A DNA stretch of 20,313 bases from Paramecium tetraurelia (GCA_000165425.1 CT868507.1:434001-454313); one strand, 5' to 3'. Counted from the first letter of the stretch, positions 1-13,605 are shown. A program made the numbers and translations. Notes: generated from the letters alone by a model not told the origin.

Positions 1-1803
1 TTTTTGTATGTCGAAGTTCAATCTAGCGAAACAAGACTTAGAATTATATTAGGAAAATCTTTTGGAGAAAGTAATTTTGTTAACGATTATAGGCATCTCT
101 TTATAATAAGCTTCTTTGTTATGGTATAATTAAATATGAGGATAATGAATTAGAGTAAAGCAGAAGAGAATTCTCGCTTGCTCATAAAATGCTTCCAAAT
201 AAGATGGAACCCTTATTTTATCAAGCCATTATTCAAATTAAAAAATATTGCTCTTGTCCCCAATCGAGTGAAGAAAATAGGATAAAATATCTTAAGGATG
301 CTTTAAATTTACTTGAAGCAGCCTCAAAGATTTGTGAGTAATCAAACTTGCTTTTCTACAAAGGGATCTTGCACTTTGCCTTTGGAAATCTAGAGAAATC
401 TGCCTTAGACTTAGAACAGGCCATTGATAAGTCAGAAGATAATCAAGCATAGCATTATTATGTAAGAGGATTGCTTCATTGTCAACAATAACTATTTAAA
501 TAGGCCGTCAACGACTTTACAATTTGCTTAAGTTTAGATTAAAATCATTCGGAATCCTATCTGAATAGATGTAAACTATTAACAATGATGGGAGAAGTCG
601 GCACTGCTTACCTAGATCTATAAAAATACGTTGAATTAAGGGAGTAATATTCAATAAACTATCAAACTGTAGGAATTCTATACTTTTTAATTGGAGCTTA
701 TGATGAAGCTATCCAAGCATTTAGTAATTGCAGGAACATTGAAGGATATTATGAGAAAGTTAAAGTCTTAATTTATGGGAAGGAATTGAATTCAGCACTC
801 AATGAGCTAACCATTATTATAGAAGAAATGCATAACCAAGAAGCAGTGGTTGATCATTAAGTCTTAACTATACTTAGGGAAACTAGTTTACAAATATCCA
901 CAAAGATTTTGGAAGATAGCATTAACAGCATAACCTAAATCTAAAAAACGTAATAGGAAGGCTTGATATTTAGATCATCTGATATCTATTTTTATAAAGG
1001 CTTATTCTATACTCATTTGGGGCAATATTCTAAAGCAAAATAGTGCCTTACCTTTTCATATGATTTAAAGGAAAAAGAAATTAAATCGTCGATAAACGAC
1101 TAATTAATTAATTAGAACAATCTTGAAGATTTTGATTTCAGCAATAAGACTTACAATATCTATGAGCATCTCTATAATTGTGCAATTCTAGATGTTCTGT
1201 TAGGGAATATGGATGAAGCCTTTGAAACTCTCACTTTACTTCTTGAGCATTTAAGTTAAATAGAATTTAGAGCTCAATTGTAGATCTTATTGGATTTATT
1301 ACGCGATGATTTATTGGATACACCTCCTGGAGAACAGTTTTCGTAAATTTAGGAATTCTAATTATTCCCTTAACATAATCGATTATGTTCAATCTATCCT
1401 GCAGTTTAATTCTAATTGAAAAAGTATTCTTTCTAAATTAGAATGTCATTTTGTCTACCAATCGTTGAATTCCCTTCATAACCTATTTTATTTGATGAGC
1501 AGCTACTTCTAAAAATATCTGTAATTAAACTCTTTATTTTTAAAGCCTAAAGTTGTGGAGAATAAGCCAGAAGCTCCTTGGATTAAAAGGTCAAATGAAG
1601 GAGTGATCTTTACGGATAACATTTAATGTGTTGATGAGTTGGATCTACAATCTACTGTTAGAAAAGAAGACATCGAAGAAAAGCAGTAAGAAATTACTGA
1701 ACATTAAAAAGAGAATGAAATAACTAAATTAAAAGAGAAACTTAAGTTAGATGATTAAATAGCTAAAAAATTGAATTCGATATTGTAATAAAATGAAAAA
1801 TGA
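1..1803 (+). CDS. Tetratricopeptide-repeat (TPR) protein, 5' end outside the window
   Basis: Table-6 frame from base 2 with introns 71-92 and 1521-1545, ending at TGA 1801-1803. TPR-like helical pairs include LLFYKGILHFAFGNLEKSALDLEQAI, HYYVRGLLHCQQQLFKQAVNDFTICL, ESYLNRCKLL and IYFYKGLFYTHLGQYSKAKQCL. The C-terminal region has FPQHNRLCSIYP..RMSFCLP..ENKPEAPWIKR. Confidence 0.85.
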
Positions 1804-2428
1804 ATTTTTATTTTAAATAATTATAATCTGTTTAAAATAATATTGTTGTCTTGTAAATGATTTTAACTAAAAGTAAATTACTACATTTAATAATAAAAAA
1901 TGTAGAATCATTGAAAATTGTATATCACATCTTTATATTAGGATGATTACAATAGATCATTAGAGTATAAATAATAAATTAATATTAATTTGAATAATAA
2001 CAATTAATTGATTAATTGATTAATTTATTAATCTATTTATCTATTTTTTGGGATGCTATCTTCTAAATTAGAAAACTTTAAAAATCATATACATAATATT
2101 TTCATGTATCTTAATAGCTAATTAAAAGAGTTAATCTAAGAATCCATCCTCTAAAAATCATTTTGCATCTATTATAATATATTCGACAGTTCAAAAAAAA
2201 GGATGAATTATCAAGAAAATGTTATTAATTAAAAATTTTATAATTAATTTAGAAAAATCAAGCTAATAATTCAAATTATTAGCTTTTTTCTGTTCAGAAA
2301 TATCTAGCATCGTCTTCTATGTGGCAATGTTCTAAAATTTACTAAATTTTAAATAAAGATGTTATCGCGTAAAATAAAGCTCAATTTATTCAGATAATTT
2401 AGTTATTTTTATATCGTATTATATTGAT

Positions 2429-4119
<1,691 letters not shown>

Positions 4120-4279
4120 CTAATATTTATATATGTAGATTATCTTTTCTGCTTTATTTATTTGTAATCTTTTTGCACTCTTCTTCCTCCAAATAAATCT
4201 AATAATATGATGAATTATCAAGACTTTAAGAAAATAGGATAAAACTCATTATAATACAGATTTTAATATATAATATAAA

Positions 4280-4567
4280 TCAGAAGTATTTTTGCAATAC
4301 TTTTTAGTAAAGAGTCATCTCTGGAACATATGATGGCTTCATCTAGAGTTTCTTTTTGCATTAGTTTTGTTTAGAATTCTTTACTTTAGGTTTCCTTTAT
4401 TCAAGTTTTGCTTCATCTTTGATAAACTTTGATGTACATTAATTGCTGAGATCAGCCAATTCTGATCTAGATTTCTATTATACTGAGAAAATGCGCTCTC
4501 TCTTTCTACTTAAACTTTTATGCAACGATTCTTGATACCCACTACTAGCGCGAACGTGTAACAGCAT
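4280..4567 (-). CDS. Small basic hypothetical protein, 95 aa
   Basis: Intronless ATG-to-TGA frame under table 6: MLLHVRASSGYQESLHKSLSRKRERIF...MKPSYVPEMTLYQKVLQKYF. GC content is higher than in the AT-rich flanks, and the gene converges on the CDPK. No recognisable domain. Confidence 0.65.
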
Positions 4568-5399
4568 TTTAATTAAATTATGGAAAAAGATTAACTAAAA
4601 ATGAAAGAAAATCAAAAATGTACTAAATATCAGTATGAATATCATTATTAGGTCTAAAAAGAAACTGCATCAGCTTTCGGTATAGAAAATAATTGTTTCA
4701 TTAAGGATTTCTAATGAAGTCTTTCTACTATCTATGTAAAATATTAACGAATTTGTTAGGCTCTATAATAACGAAAAAGCTAAAATTAGAAATCTTGTTA
4801 GTAGTGATACTGCAGTCATGTATTAAAGAGCATAAGGAAGCACATCTACAACTTGATGAAAACTATTGATGTAAGATGATTCTTTTGTAAGTGATCCAAT
4901 CATGTTAAAATTCTAGAAATTAGCTTTTCTTAAAATGCTATTCCAGAAGATTTAATTAATAAATTAAAAGTCTAATTTAAACTTCTGTTCTCCTTTTAAA
5001 AATTTATAAAAAATATCATAAAGATTATGAAACTCATCAAAATTTATAAATTGATCAATTCTTATTTTGAATGGCATTAAAATAAAATAATATTATTTAA
5101 TTCTTATTTTTCAATTAAGCTGTCTTATAAATAAGATTTAAATATCAAATTCTCTATATATGAGAAAAAACTACTCTTTTCATTTTGAAACTAATCATCA
5201 ATAATATATACATTTTACAAGAAATATAGAAATAAAACAAATATTATATAGCTTAATAGTCTTAATTTTCTATTTAATAATCATCATATTAATCTTTGAT
5301 ATTTGAATCTAAAATTAAATCTGATGATTATTGAACTTAATCTTTGGTTAATGAATTGATTGTAATCTGATCAATTTATTTATTTATTGTAACTACAAA

Positions 5400-7055
5400 A
5401 TGAAGTTCGCTTGTCCTCAGAAAGCTCATGCCATTCAATTTGAATCTGCTTGGGATTATCTCAATCATCTTCAGAAATGTCATCTAATCAATGATAGGAT
5501 TAAGGATTGTGGTGAGACTAGAAAGTATGTGTTGAATATATTTGAAGTGAATATTATTTTTGTGCTTCTTGTTTATAAGTTTTTGAGCTGATAACTGAGA
5601 GAGACATGCATTAGCATCTCTGTAAAGTCGATAATTTCAAGTAGTTGTTCAAAGATGTCAACGTAAATTTTAGTTCAATTTTAGAAACCAATTCCTTTAG
5701 GTAAATCTGGAACTTCAAAGATTCAAGAGCTGATTAGATTCTACAAGGATATCATTCATCCTAAACAACGAAATACAATTGATTCTGATTAAACAGAAAA
5801 AGATGACTTTTAATAGGAAATAATTGAACAATCTGATTCGAGAGCATTTCTGTCAAAAACTGTGGAAAACAGCTTCAACCCTAAGACCATGATCAAGAAC
5901 TCAAGGTTAACATTTAGTTTATTAGGGGGACATACAAAAATGGAGGCTGCTTATTATAAATTATTTAATAAATAAGTCATAGAATAAATTAATAAGGAAT
6001 ATCCATTTAAAATTACCCCAGAAAGTTTTAAATTATTTTTCTAAAAAAATAACATTACTCTCAGCAAAGAATTGTTGAATGAGGCTAAAGTTTGTGAATT
6101 TTGTGAGTCTAAAATAGATCAAAATCCAGAAATGTACCTTTAAATAATATAGACCAATAATTCAAAATCAATATGGTTGATGATTCCTGAAATTCACAAT
6201 CCTGTCAAGGAGTTCGGATTTGATGAACCATGGTGTGTGTTTAAAATAATGACTAAATAGGTTATTTGTGAAAAATCAATTGATCTAATTAAAATAAAGA
6301 AATAGGACCCACTAATTTCATAATTAGAATATTAGATACAGTAGGAGGAACTAAGAGGGATTCGATTAAAATAACAATTACAAAATAGTGTTGATGACCT
6401 TGATTCAGTGTTGAAATATTTGACCAAAAAAAATTAGAAATTAGATTAATAAGAAAATTTATTAGTTAAATTGCAAATCAAATTAAGAGAAAATGACACA
6501 AACAATAAAAATTTGGTGAGTCAATATCTAGCACTAAACAGTAAAAAGCTATAACAAGCAGAAGAGAATTTAATTGGATTCTATTAAAAGATGAAAAGCA
6601 TGGAATCTGAGAAACAAATTACTAAATTAGATGAGTTAAAAGTAGATTTGAATGAAAAAGAATTGAAATAAAAAAAATTAAAGGAAAAAGTAAGGTCCCT
6701 TTTTGAGGAAAAAGAACAATTAATACAAACATGCAATGACAAAAAAAATAAAATTTAATAAACATAGAAATAATTAGAAGACAAGATCGCAAAAGCATCA
6801 GTGACAAGAAAAAAAGTATATGATATATTGATATTAAAATAGATTTAAAAGATAAAATAATTACTTTGCTTCTAATGCTAAACAAGAGAAAGAAATGTAA
6901 TTTAGTTTCCTTGCTAGCATTTTTTATTTTGCGAATAGTGTTATCTTAGTAACATTCAATAGAAGAACTTAAAATGCCCTTTAAAAGAATAGAATAAATG
7001 CTAAACCGAGAATCTTAATAATAAGTACAAACTTGTTAACATCTAAAATGTATGA
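5400..7055 (+). CDS. Two N-terminal zinc fingers + coiled coil + C-terminal C3HC4 RING (putative E3 ligase), ~527 aa
   Basis: Introns 5525-5547, 5663-5684 and probably 6816-6842; TGA 7053-7055. Fingers CPQKAH-x12-HLQKC and CASC-x12-HQHLC. E/K/Q/L-rich heptad region at ~6310-6810. RING CFQC..FPCQHFLFCEQC..KCPLKEQNKC. Confidence 0.85.
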
Positions 7056-7639
7056 GCATTATATTTAATAATATATAAATTCTTTATAAAAGAAAAAAAT
7101 ATCAAAGGGAATCCTAGAAATTTATAACATTAATATTTTTATTTAGCAGCATTTTCATTAATTGAATGTAAATAATTTTAAATAGAAATTATACGTATCG
7201 AGCTATTTTTAAATTTTTTATAAAATTGTTGAGACTTCCTTATTTATGCTGTTCTGTTTAAAAATTAAATGGGTAGCTATTTCAAAGTTGAGTTTTAATT
7301 CTAAATGTAATAAATTATCAATTTTAATTATATATTTTAAACTGCTATTTTAGCTATTTATCCTTTATATTTGAAAAGTAATTAAGAAACAAAGAACAAT
7401 ACTGATGGGATTTATATTCATTTAAAAATCTACGTTTAAATGTAATCAATAAAAACTAAGTAGAATATCTTTATGAATTTATAGCTTGCAATTTCAATAG
7501 AGTCCTAACCATCAAAGATACATATTAATTCATTTTAAAATTGATTTCAACTTTCAATTAAGTTAATCTCTCTTCATTGATATTTAAAATGATGAGTTTT
7601 AGTTTTAATTGAATATTTATTTTTGGGCTTAATATTTTA

Positions 7640-8571
7640 ATGAAGAAAAAAATAGTCATCGAAATTTTAATTAATATTAGAAATGTTACAATATAAAATT
7701 TAATAAATCGTTAGTTCGAAATGTTATTAAAAGAACAATAAGAATATAAGTTAAGGGTAATTGAGGAGAGAATGGAGTAATATGAAACAAGTCTTTTGAA
7801 GAAGGTCAATCACTTGGAAGAAAGGATTAGGTCATTCAATCAAAAATTTGAAAGAATTGATGAATTAAGCGAAAGAGTTAATGATTTACATTCTTTGTTT
7901 GATAAACTCAAAGAAAATTTTGATACAAAATTAATGTTACAAGATGATAAAATTGCAAAAGCAAATTTCAATATAAATAAATTAAAATAGGAAGACATCC
8001 AACAATTATACAATCTAGTTAAAAAAGGGTTTCATAATTCAAAGGATTTGTCTCTAGATATGCAAAATATGAAGACTAAAGACATACGGCAATCCGAGGT
8101 TCTATTTAAATAGGAATTGAAACAATCAAATATTTTAGGAGAAAGATTATAATCACCTCTTTTGCATTAGAGAATGGATAGTTATTAAAAAAGTGATAGA
8201 ATGCGATCTATAACGTTGGAGAAGGATAAGGGTTAGGAGCTGAAGGTGAAATTCGAAAATGAGGATTTAGAAACTAACAAACCAAATTCAAAGTGTATCA
8301 CAAAAAATGAAACTCAAAAATTGATTGATAAATATTAGTTCACTTTATAAACGAAACTTCAAAATGAGAGTAATAGATTGTAATATAGTTAGATATTTAG
8401 AAGTTGAGCAATGTAAAGATTGAAGTGCAAAATACTGAATAAAGTAAGATACTTACTTAATAACAACAATCTTTACTAGAGAGAACAATATCTTAAGATC
8501 ACATTCCAAGATCAAAATACTTGAATAGTACCAATCATATTAAAGAATAACTGAAAAACTTAAGGAAATGA
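7640..8571 (+). CDS. Coiled-coil hypothetical protein, ~300 aa
   Basis: The track ORF 7796-7990 extends in both directions under table 6. One intron at 8370-8392 restores the frame to TGA 8569-8571. The N-terminal half is heptad-like. The start is uncertain (in-frame ATGs at 7640 and 7721). Confidence 0.75.
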
Positions 8572-8633
8572 ATTATTATATATATCAAATATATAATTAA
8601 ATAAAGAATAATAAATTTAATTTGGTTATTAGA

Positions 8634-10153
8634 ATGAAATAAAAAGCCCCCTAAATTTCACCTAATAAATTGTATGCAAGTCTTTTAAAAAAAAAAAATG
8701 AATCAGATTAATAATAAAAGATAGTGAAATCTCCAGTAATTCAAGGGAACGTGTATATTAATTCATTGAGGTATGGCATTGTTTGTAAATTTAGAAATAA
8801 TTAAGGATAGTTAAAAGTTGATGCTAAGAAATCAAGACCAACAAGTGGAAAAGATCTTAAAGATATAAGCACAGTCCTATTAAAGAAAACTCATGCTCGT
8901 TAAAATAGTAAAATCATTGAGACCAAAGAAAATTCATAAAATTTAACATAATCAGCATTGCAATTATTATAAAAAATTAAAGCAGAAAGACCAGACAATA
9001 AAATTGGTTAAATCCAAACATCAAAGGAGATTTTACAATATCATTAGTAATTAATTTAAAAATAATATTAAAAATTACTTGACTTATCTAAATAAACAGA
9101 GCATAATTAGTTATAACAACAGCAATAACAATAATAATAAAAATAAAAATTGTTCAAAGGACCTCGTTCAATTAGTAATCCTGATATCTCAACTCTCTAA
9201 CTCTGTATAACAAAGGCACATGCAAAATCGATACCTGGAATGCTTTACACTGGATAAACCAAAATTAATTAAGATTCTTATAAGTTAATACAGAAATTCG
9301 GAACAAAGGAAAATGATTGGTATCTTTAGGTTTCTGATGGACATGGAACAAATGGACATTAAGTAGCCTAATTTGTATAAGAAATACTACCAGCCTACAT
9401 AGAATAGGAAGTAATGGAAGCTCCCTATTATTATGATAGAGATAAGTAAGAAATTGAATTAAACCAATTAGAACAATAAATAACATCTTTAAGCAATCCT
9501 TTTTGAAGACAAATGAAGATCTCTTAAGTTCTGGCATCGATGTGACCTACTCAGGAGCTACAACAGTTGTTGTAATAGCATTTGAAAACATACTTTATTG
9601 TGCAAACATAGGAGATAGTCGAGCCGTATAGAATTTGACAATATATTTAGATAATAGGGAGATATGATACTAAATTATAAGTAGTAGAATTATCAAAAGA
9701 TCATAAGCCTGATTGTTTTTTGGAACAAGCTAGAATAATCCAGAGAGGAGGACGAGTTTAGGCATATAGTGATGAGGATGGGAATCCTATAGGACCAGCA
9801 AGAGTATGGAAGGCAGATGAGGATGTACCAGGATTGGCAATGTCAAGAAGCTTTGGGGACTATGTCGCAAGTTAAGTAGGAGTCATTTGTGAACCTGAAA
9901 TCATTAAGCATTAACTATTACCATCAGACAAATTCTTAGTTGTTGCATCAGATGGTATTTGGGAGTATTATAAATAATTTATTAATAAAGATTCTTATCG
10001 AATGAATGGGTCATCGAAACTGTCAATGAGTATTATAAAAAAGGAGATGCCATTGGAGCTTGCAATAAATTAACCTAAGCTGCAAAGGAGGCTTGGTAGA
10101 GGGAAGATGAAGTAATTGATGACATCACTGTCATTCTGGCATTCTTCAAGTGA
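8634..10153 (+). CDS. PP2C/PPM Ser/Thr phosphatase with low-complexity N-terminal extension, ~472 aa
   Basis: Motifs KINQDS, VSDGHGTNG, SGATT, CANIGDSRA, LSKDHKPD, GPARVW, GLAMSRSFGD, ASDGIWE, DDIT. Introns 8771-8794 (probable), 9446-9471, 9626-9650, 9965-9990. TGA 10151-10153. Confidence 0.96.
9114..9140 (+). repeat. Poly-Gln tract (Q9) inside the PP2C N-terminal extension
   Basis: In-frame codons taa caa cag caa taa caa taa taa taa mix canonical and reassigned Gln codons. Confidence 0.8.
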
Positions 10154-10297
10154 AATTTATCTGCATATTTAAGTGTTATATTTATCTCTTAGTTTTTATA
10201 TGAGATTTCTTGTTGAATTTATTCTCTTTGAAATGTTTATAGAAACCCAAATATAAATTAAGAATGATAAGTTATTATTTATAATATATAAATAAAA

Positions 10298-11694
10298 ATG
10301 GATTATGAGTCTTTGTATAAATTGATCCCGAAAGAACCAAAGAAATGGTTGACTCAAGATGTCATAAACTGGCTAAAGTTTATAGGGTTAGGACAAATGG
10401 AATAAAAATTTGGTATTTAAATATAAAGAAAATAGTTGAATGTTCTATTGATGGTGCAGTTTTGGAAGACTTGACGGAAAAGGATCTAGATGAAGAATTA
10501 GGGATCACATAAAGAATTATTAAAAGAAAACTATTAAATTGTAACTCTGTTTTTTATTTTAGGGGTAAATCATGGACTAAAAGAATATAATGAATATATA
10601 AAATAAATGAAAATGCCAAATCTAAACAACAAAAAATAGTAAGATGAAGATTTCACGATACAAAAAAATGTTGGAAATGTTCAATTCGAATAAATGCTAA
10701 TGGAAAGTCATGAAAATAATGGCAACGAACAATTCACAAGTTCAGTTGCTCGATAAGAGGAATAAGCTATAAAATAAGAAATACCAGGATTTAACAAATT
10801 CGAACATCAACTAATACTTTAGCCAATAGAAGGTTAATAGTCCAATTTTTATTGTGTTCGCGAAGCAGGTGCCAAAATTGGAAGACATTCTAGCAACCAA
10901 ATTCTAATTTTGGAAGAGAACATCAGCAGATTTCATGCTGAGATAATATTCTAAGACTCCATGGTATTTAAGTATTTGCTATCTCATTTAGTTTGCACTT
11001 AAAGATATAGGAAGTACAACAGGAACTTTTATTAAAATACCTTAAAAGTTTTGACCATTAAAGCAAGGGGGATGTTAATTAGAATTGGGAAGTAATTAAT
11101 TTTGTGTTTAGAAATTGGAACAATTAGAAAATGGAGGAATTGAAGTAAGACTCCATAAAATTGCTAGATCTCATTATTCGTAATCGAAGGACCAAATTTA
11201 GAAGATACCATCATATTTCAATTAAATAAAGATAAACCTTCTGTAGCACTTGGGAGGAAATCAACTGTAGATATCTCATTCCCTGAAGACCACCATTTAT
11301 CAAATTAGCACGCTAAGTTTTATCTGGTTGAATAAACAGTCACTTTAGAAGATCATGGATCAACTAATGGGTAGAGAATTTAAGTTAAATTTTTAGATCT
11401 TGGATGAGATTATCAGGAGAAGGAAAAATGAGCAATTTGTTTTATTTGGATCCGAATGAAGAAATAATAATAAGAATTGGAACTACAAATTAATACATTT
11501 GCCAATAAAATAAAATGAAGGTTAATGAAATCTCAGGAGAAAACTTGTGCATAATTTGTGTTGAAAGAGAAAGGGATTGCTTAATATTGCCATGTAAACA
11601 TAATGCCACTTGTTTGAAATGCAGTAAGAGTTTAGCTCTCTGTCCCTTCTGCAGAGTCAAAATCCAAGAGACTATTAGAATTTATAAAAATTGA
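10298..11694 (+). CDS. SAM - FHA - FHA - RING protein (putative phosphothreonine-reading E3 ligase), with an in-frame TGA at 11052-11054
   Basis: SAM: WLTQDVINWLKFIGL..IDGAVLEDLTEKDLDEELGI. FHA1: IGRHSSN..ISRFHA..LKDIGSTTGTF. FHA2: LGRKST..LSNQHA..LEDHGSTNGSW. RING: CIIC..LPCKHNATCLKC..CPFCR. Introns 10413-10435, 10541-10562, 10964-10991, 11145-11167, 11371-11396. Terminal TGA 11692-11694. Confidence 0.88.
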
Positions 11695-12427
11695 CCTTTG
11701 ATTAAAATATATATCTATCTATTATGTAATCATTATTTATATAATTTTATGAATCAGCATTCCTATTATTTTCAAAGTATTTCAAAGTACTTTTATTTTT
11801 TATCATAATTTTGACCAAATGAAGACATTAATTCTCAACTCAACATAGAGGTAATTATCTCGTTAAAATTGTTTGATTAGTTGTGTTCCTGCTAAATTAT
11901 AAGGCAAATTAACTTTAATACAGTAGTAGTAATCAATATATAAAAGATAATATCACCCCATCTATGGACAATATTGTTTTATTCTAATATCTAATTAGGC
12001 TGAGCTCTTTTCTTTTAGAGTCTCCATAAATTGGTAGATTTAAAGGATTCCAATTCATTACACACTTTATTACTAAATAGCTGCGTTTAATTAGCGAGAG
12101 TAGACATTAGGTAAAAGGAAATATAATGCACTTAATTACAAATATGCAGTAATGATTCATATTTATCGAACTTAGGAAAATCATCCAAATACTGAAATAA
12201 GATGGTCCTCTTTTCATTATGCAAGTTAGTCTGAAATATATTAATTCATTATATTGTTTGAGTATTTTCGTTTCCATATTTAAGATTGATAGATTCTCAA
12301 GTTTCCTAAGTGCAAACCGATCCAAATGGTTGAGATGATACATAGTTTTATCAAATTCTTCTGTCCCTTATCTAATTTCCAATACTATTTGTTTATAAAT
12401 AATGATAATTAATTAATATTATATAAA

Positions 12428-13605
12428 ATGCAAAATGAATTTGACATTGAAGTTAATTTTGAATAAAATAGTTCTATGACATTCGAAATGTTTAAATTTA
12501 TAGTTATTAGTAGTGGACATAATAGTGTTAGATTTCCAAAGGCAGGAATAAAAATAAATAATGAAGGTTTAACGACAACCAATGGTGAATAGATACAAAT
12601 TACTTAGGAATCAATAACGCATTAATAAATAAAAGTCGGAGATGTTATTGGATAGGGAGTTTCAAGCTACGTTTGCAGAGGATTATATTTGCCTTATAAT
12701 TGCTAAGTGGCTCTAAAGGTTAATTTTTAATACTATTATAACAGATAATTAATGTTTTCGATAAGGATAAGAGACATTAGATGTTAAATGATCTTAGTAC
12801 ACTCTTAAATGGTTGTGAATGTGAATAGTTAATCAAGTTTTATGGTGCATATTATGAAGAAGGTAGCTCTATCATTGATTTTTGAGGAACCATAAGATTA
12901 GTACTTGAATATATGGATCAAGGATCATTACGAAGCATCATTCAATAAATCTATAAGAATAATTTAAGTGAAGTGATAAATGAATAAATAATTGCAACCA
13001 TAACCTATAATATCCTCATGGGATTATAATATTTACATTAGCAAAAGCATTAACTTCACAGAGATATTAAACCAGAAAATATTCTCATCAACAGTTTAGG
13101 ATAGATAAAATTGACTGATTTCGGAATTAGCAAATAATTGGAAAACACTATAGCTATAGCCAGAACTTTTGTAGGTACTTTGATGTACATGTAATATATC
13201 ACTCCTATTTCCAAAGGTCTCCAGAAAGAACAGAAGGTAAGAACTACTCTTATGCTTCAGACATATGGTCCTTGGGGATTAATCATTTATGAAATGGCAA
13301 CCGGTAAGCATCCATACTCAGTCTCCAATAAGTAAATGACATATATCCAAATGATTCAGAATATTCTGAAATCTGAATCTCCAAAATTGGATAATTATCC
13401 GTACAGTTTAGAAATGAGGGACTTTGTGAATATCTGGTAAGATTTGAATTTGGATTTTAGTTTAAACAAGGATCAAAGCAAACGATTGGATGCATAGACC
13501 TTATTGTAACATAATTGGATAGTAAAGAATGCTTAGAATAGTCAATACGTGCAAATGTGGATCATGCAGAAGGACCAAAAGTTACAATTAATGCAACAAA
13601 AATGA
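12428..13605 (+). CDS. MAP kinase kinase (STE7 family), with an apparent +1 frameshift at 13274-13277
   Basis: Motifs IGQGVSS, VALK, LIKFYGAYY, LVLEYMDQGSL, HRDIKPEN, KLTDFGIS, activation loop ENTIAIARTFVGTLMYMSPER, DIWSLG. Introns 12490-12510 (probable), 12719-12744, 12863-12886, 13191-13216, 13437-13460. An extra G in ttGGGGatt must be removed to read LIIYEMATGKHPY. TGA 13603-13605. Confidence 0.9.

Noticed and set aside
2002..2030. (ATTAATTG)x~3 tandem/palindromic repeat
   Set aside because: Low-complexity AT-rich intergenic sequence, expected by chance.
5400..5591. Track ORF as a stand-alone 63-aa protein
   Set aside because: Only exon 1 is real; the rest reads through intron 5525-5547.
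6622..6885. Track ORF (minus, 87 aa)
   Set aside because: Antisense shadow of the A-rich coiled-coil/RING exon on +.
9265..9537. Track ORF (minus, 90 aa)
   Set aside because: Antisense to the PP2C catalytic domain.
11043..11077. Retained IES as the cause of the in-frame TGA
   Set aside because: The ends do not fit the TAYAGYNR consensus, and excision would delete a conserved FHA segment.
11835..12343. Minus-strand open frames between the FHA-RING and MAPKK genes (11933-12343 and 11835-12245)
   Set aside because: Two overlapping frames with no convincing motif or intron. Long frames arise easily when TGA is the only stop. It may be a gene remnant, but I cannot support a call.
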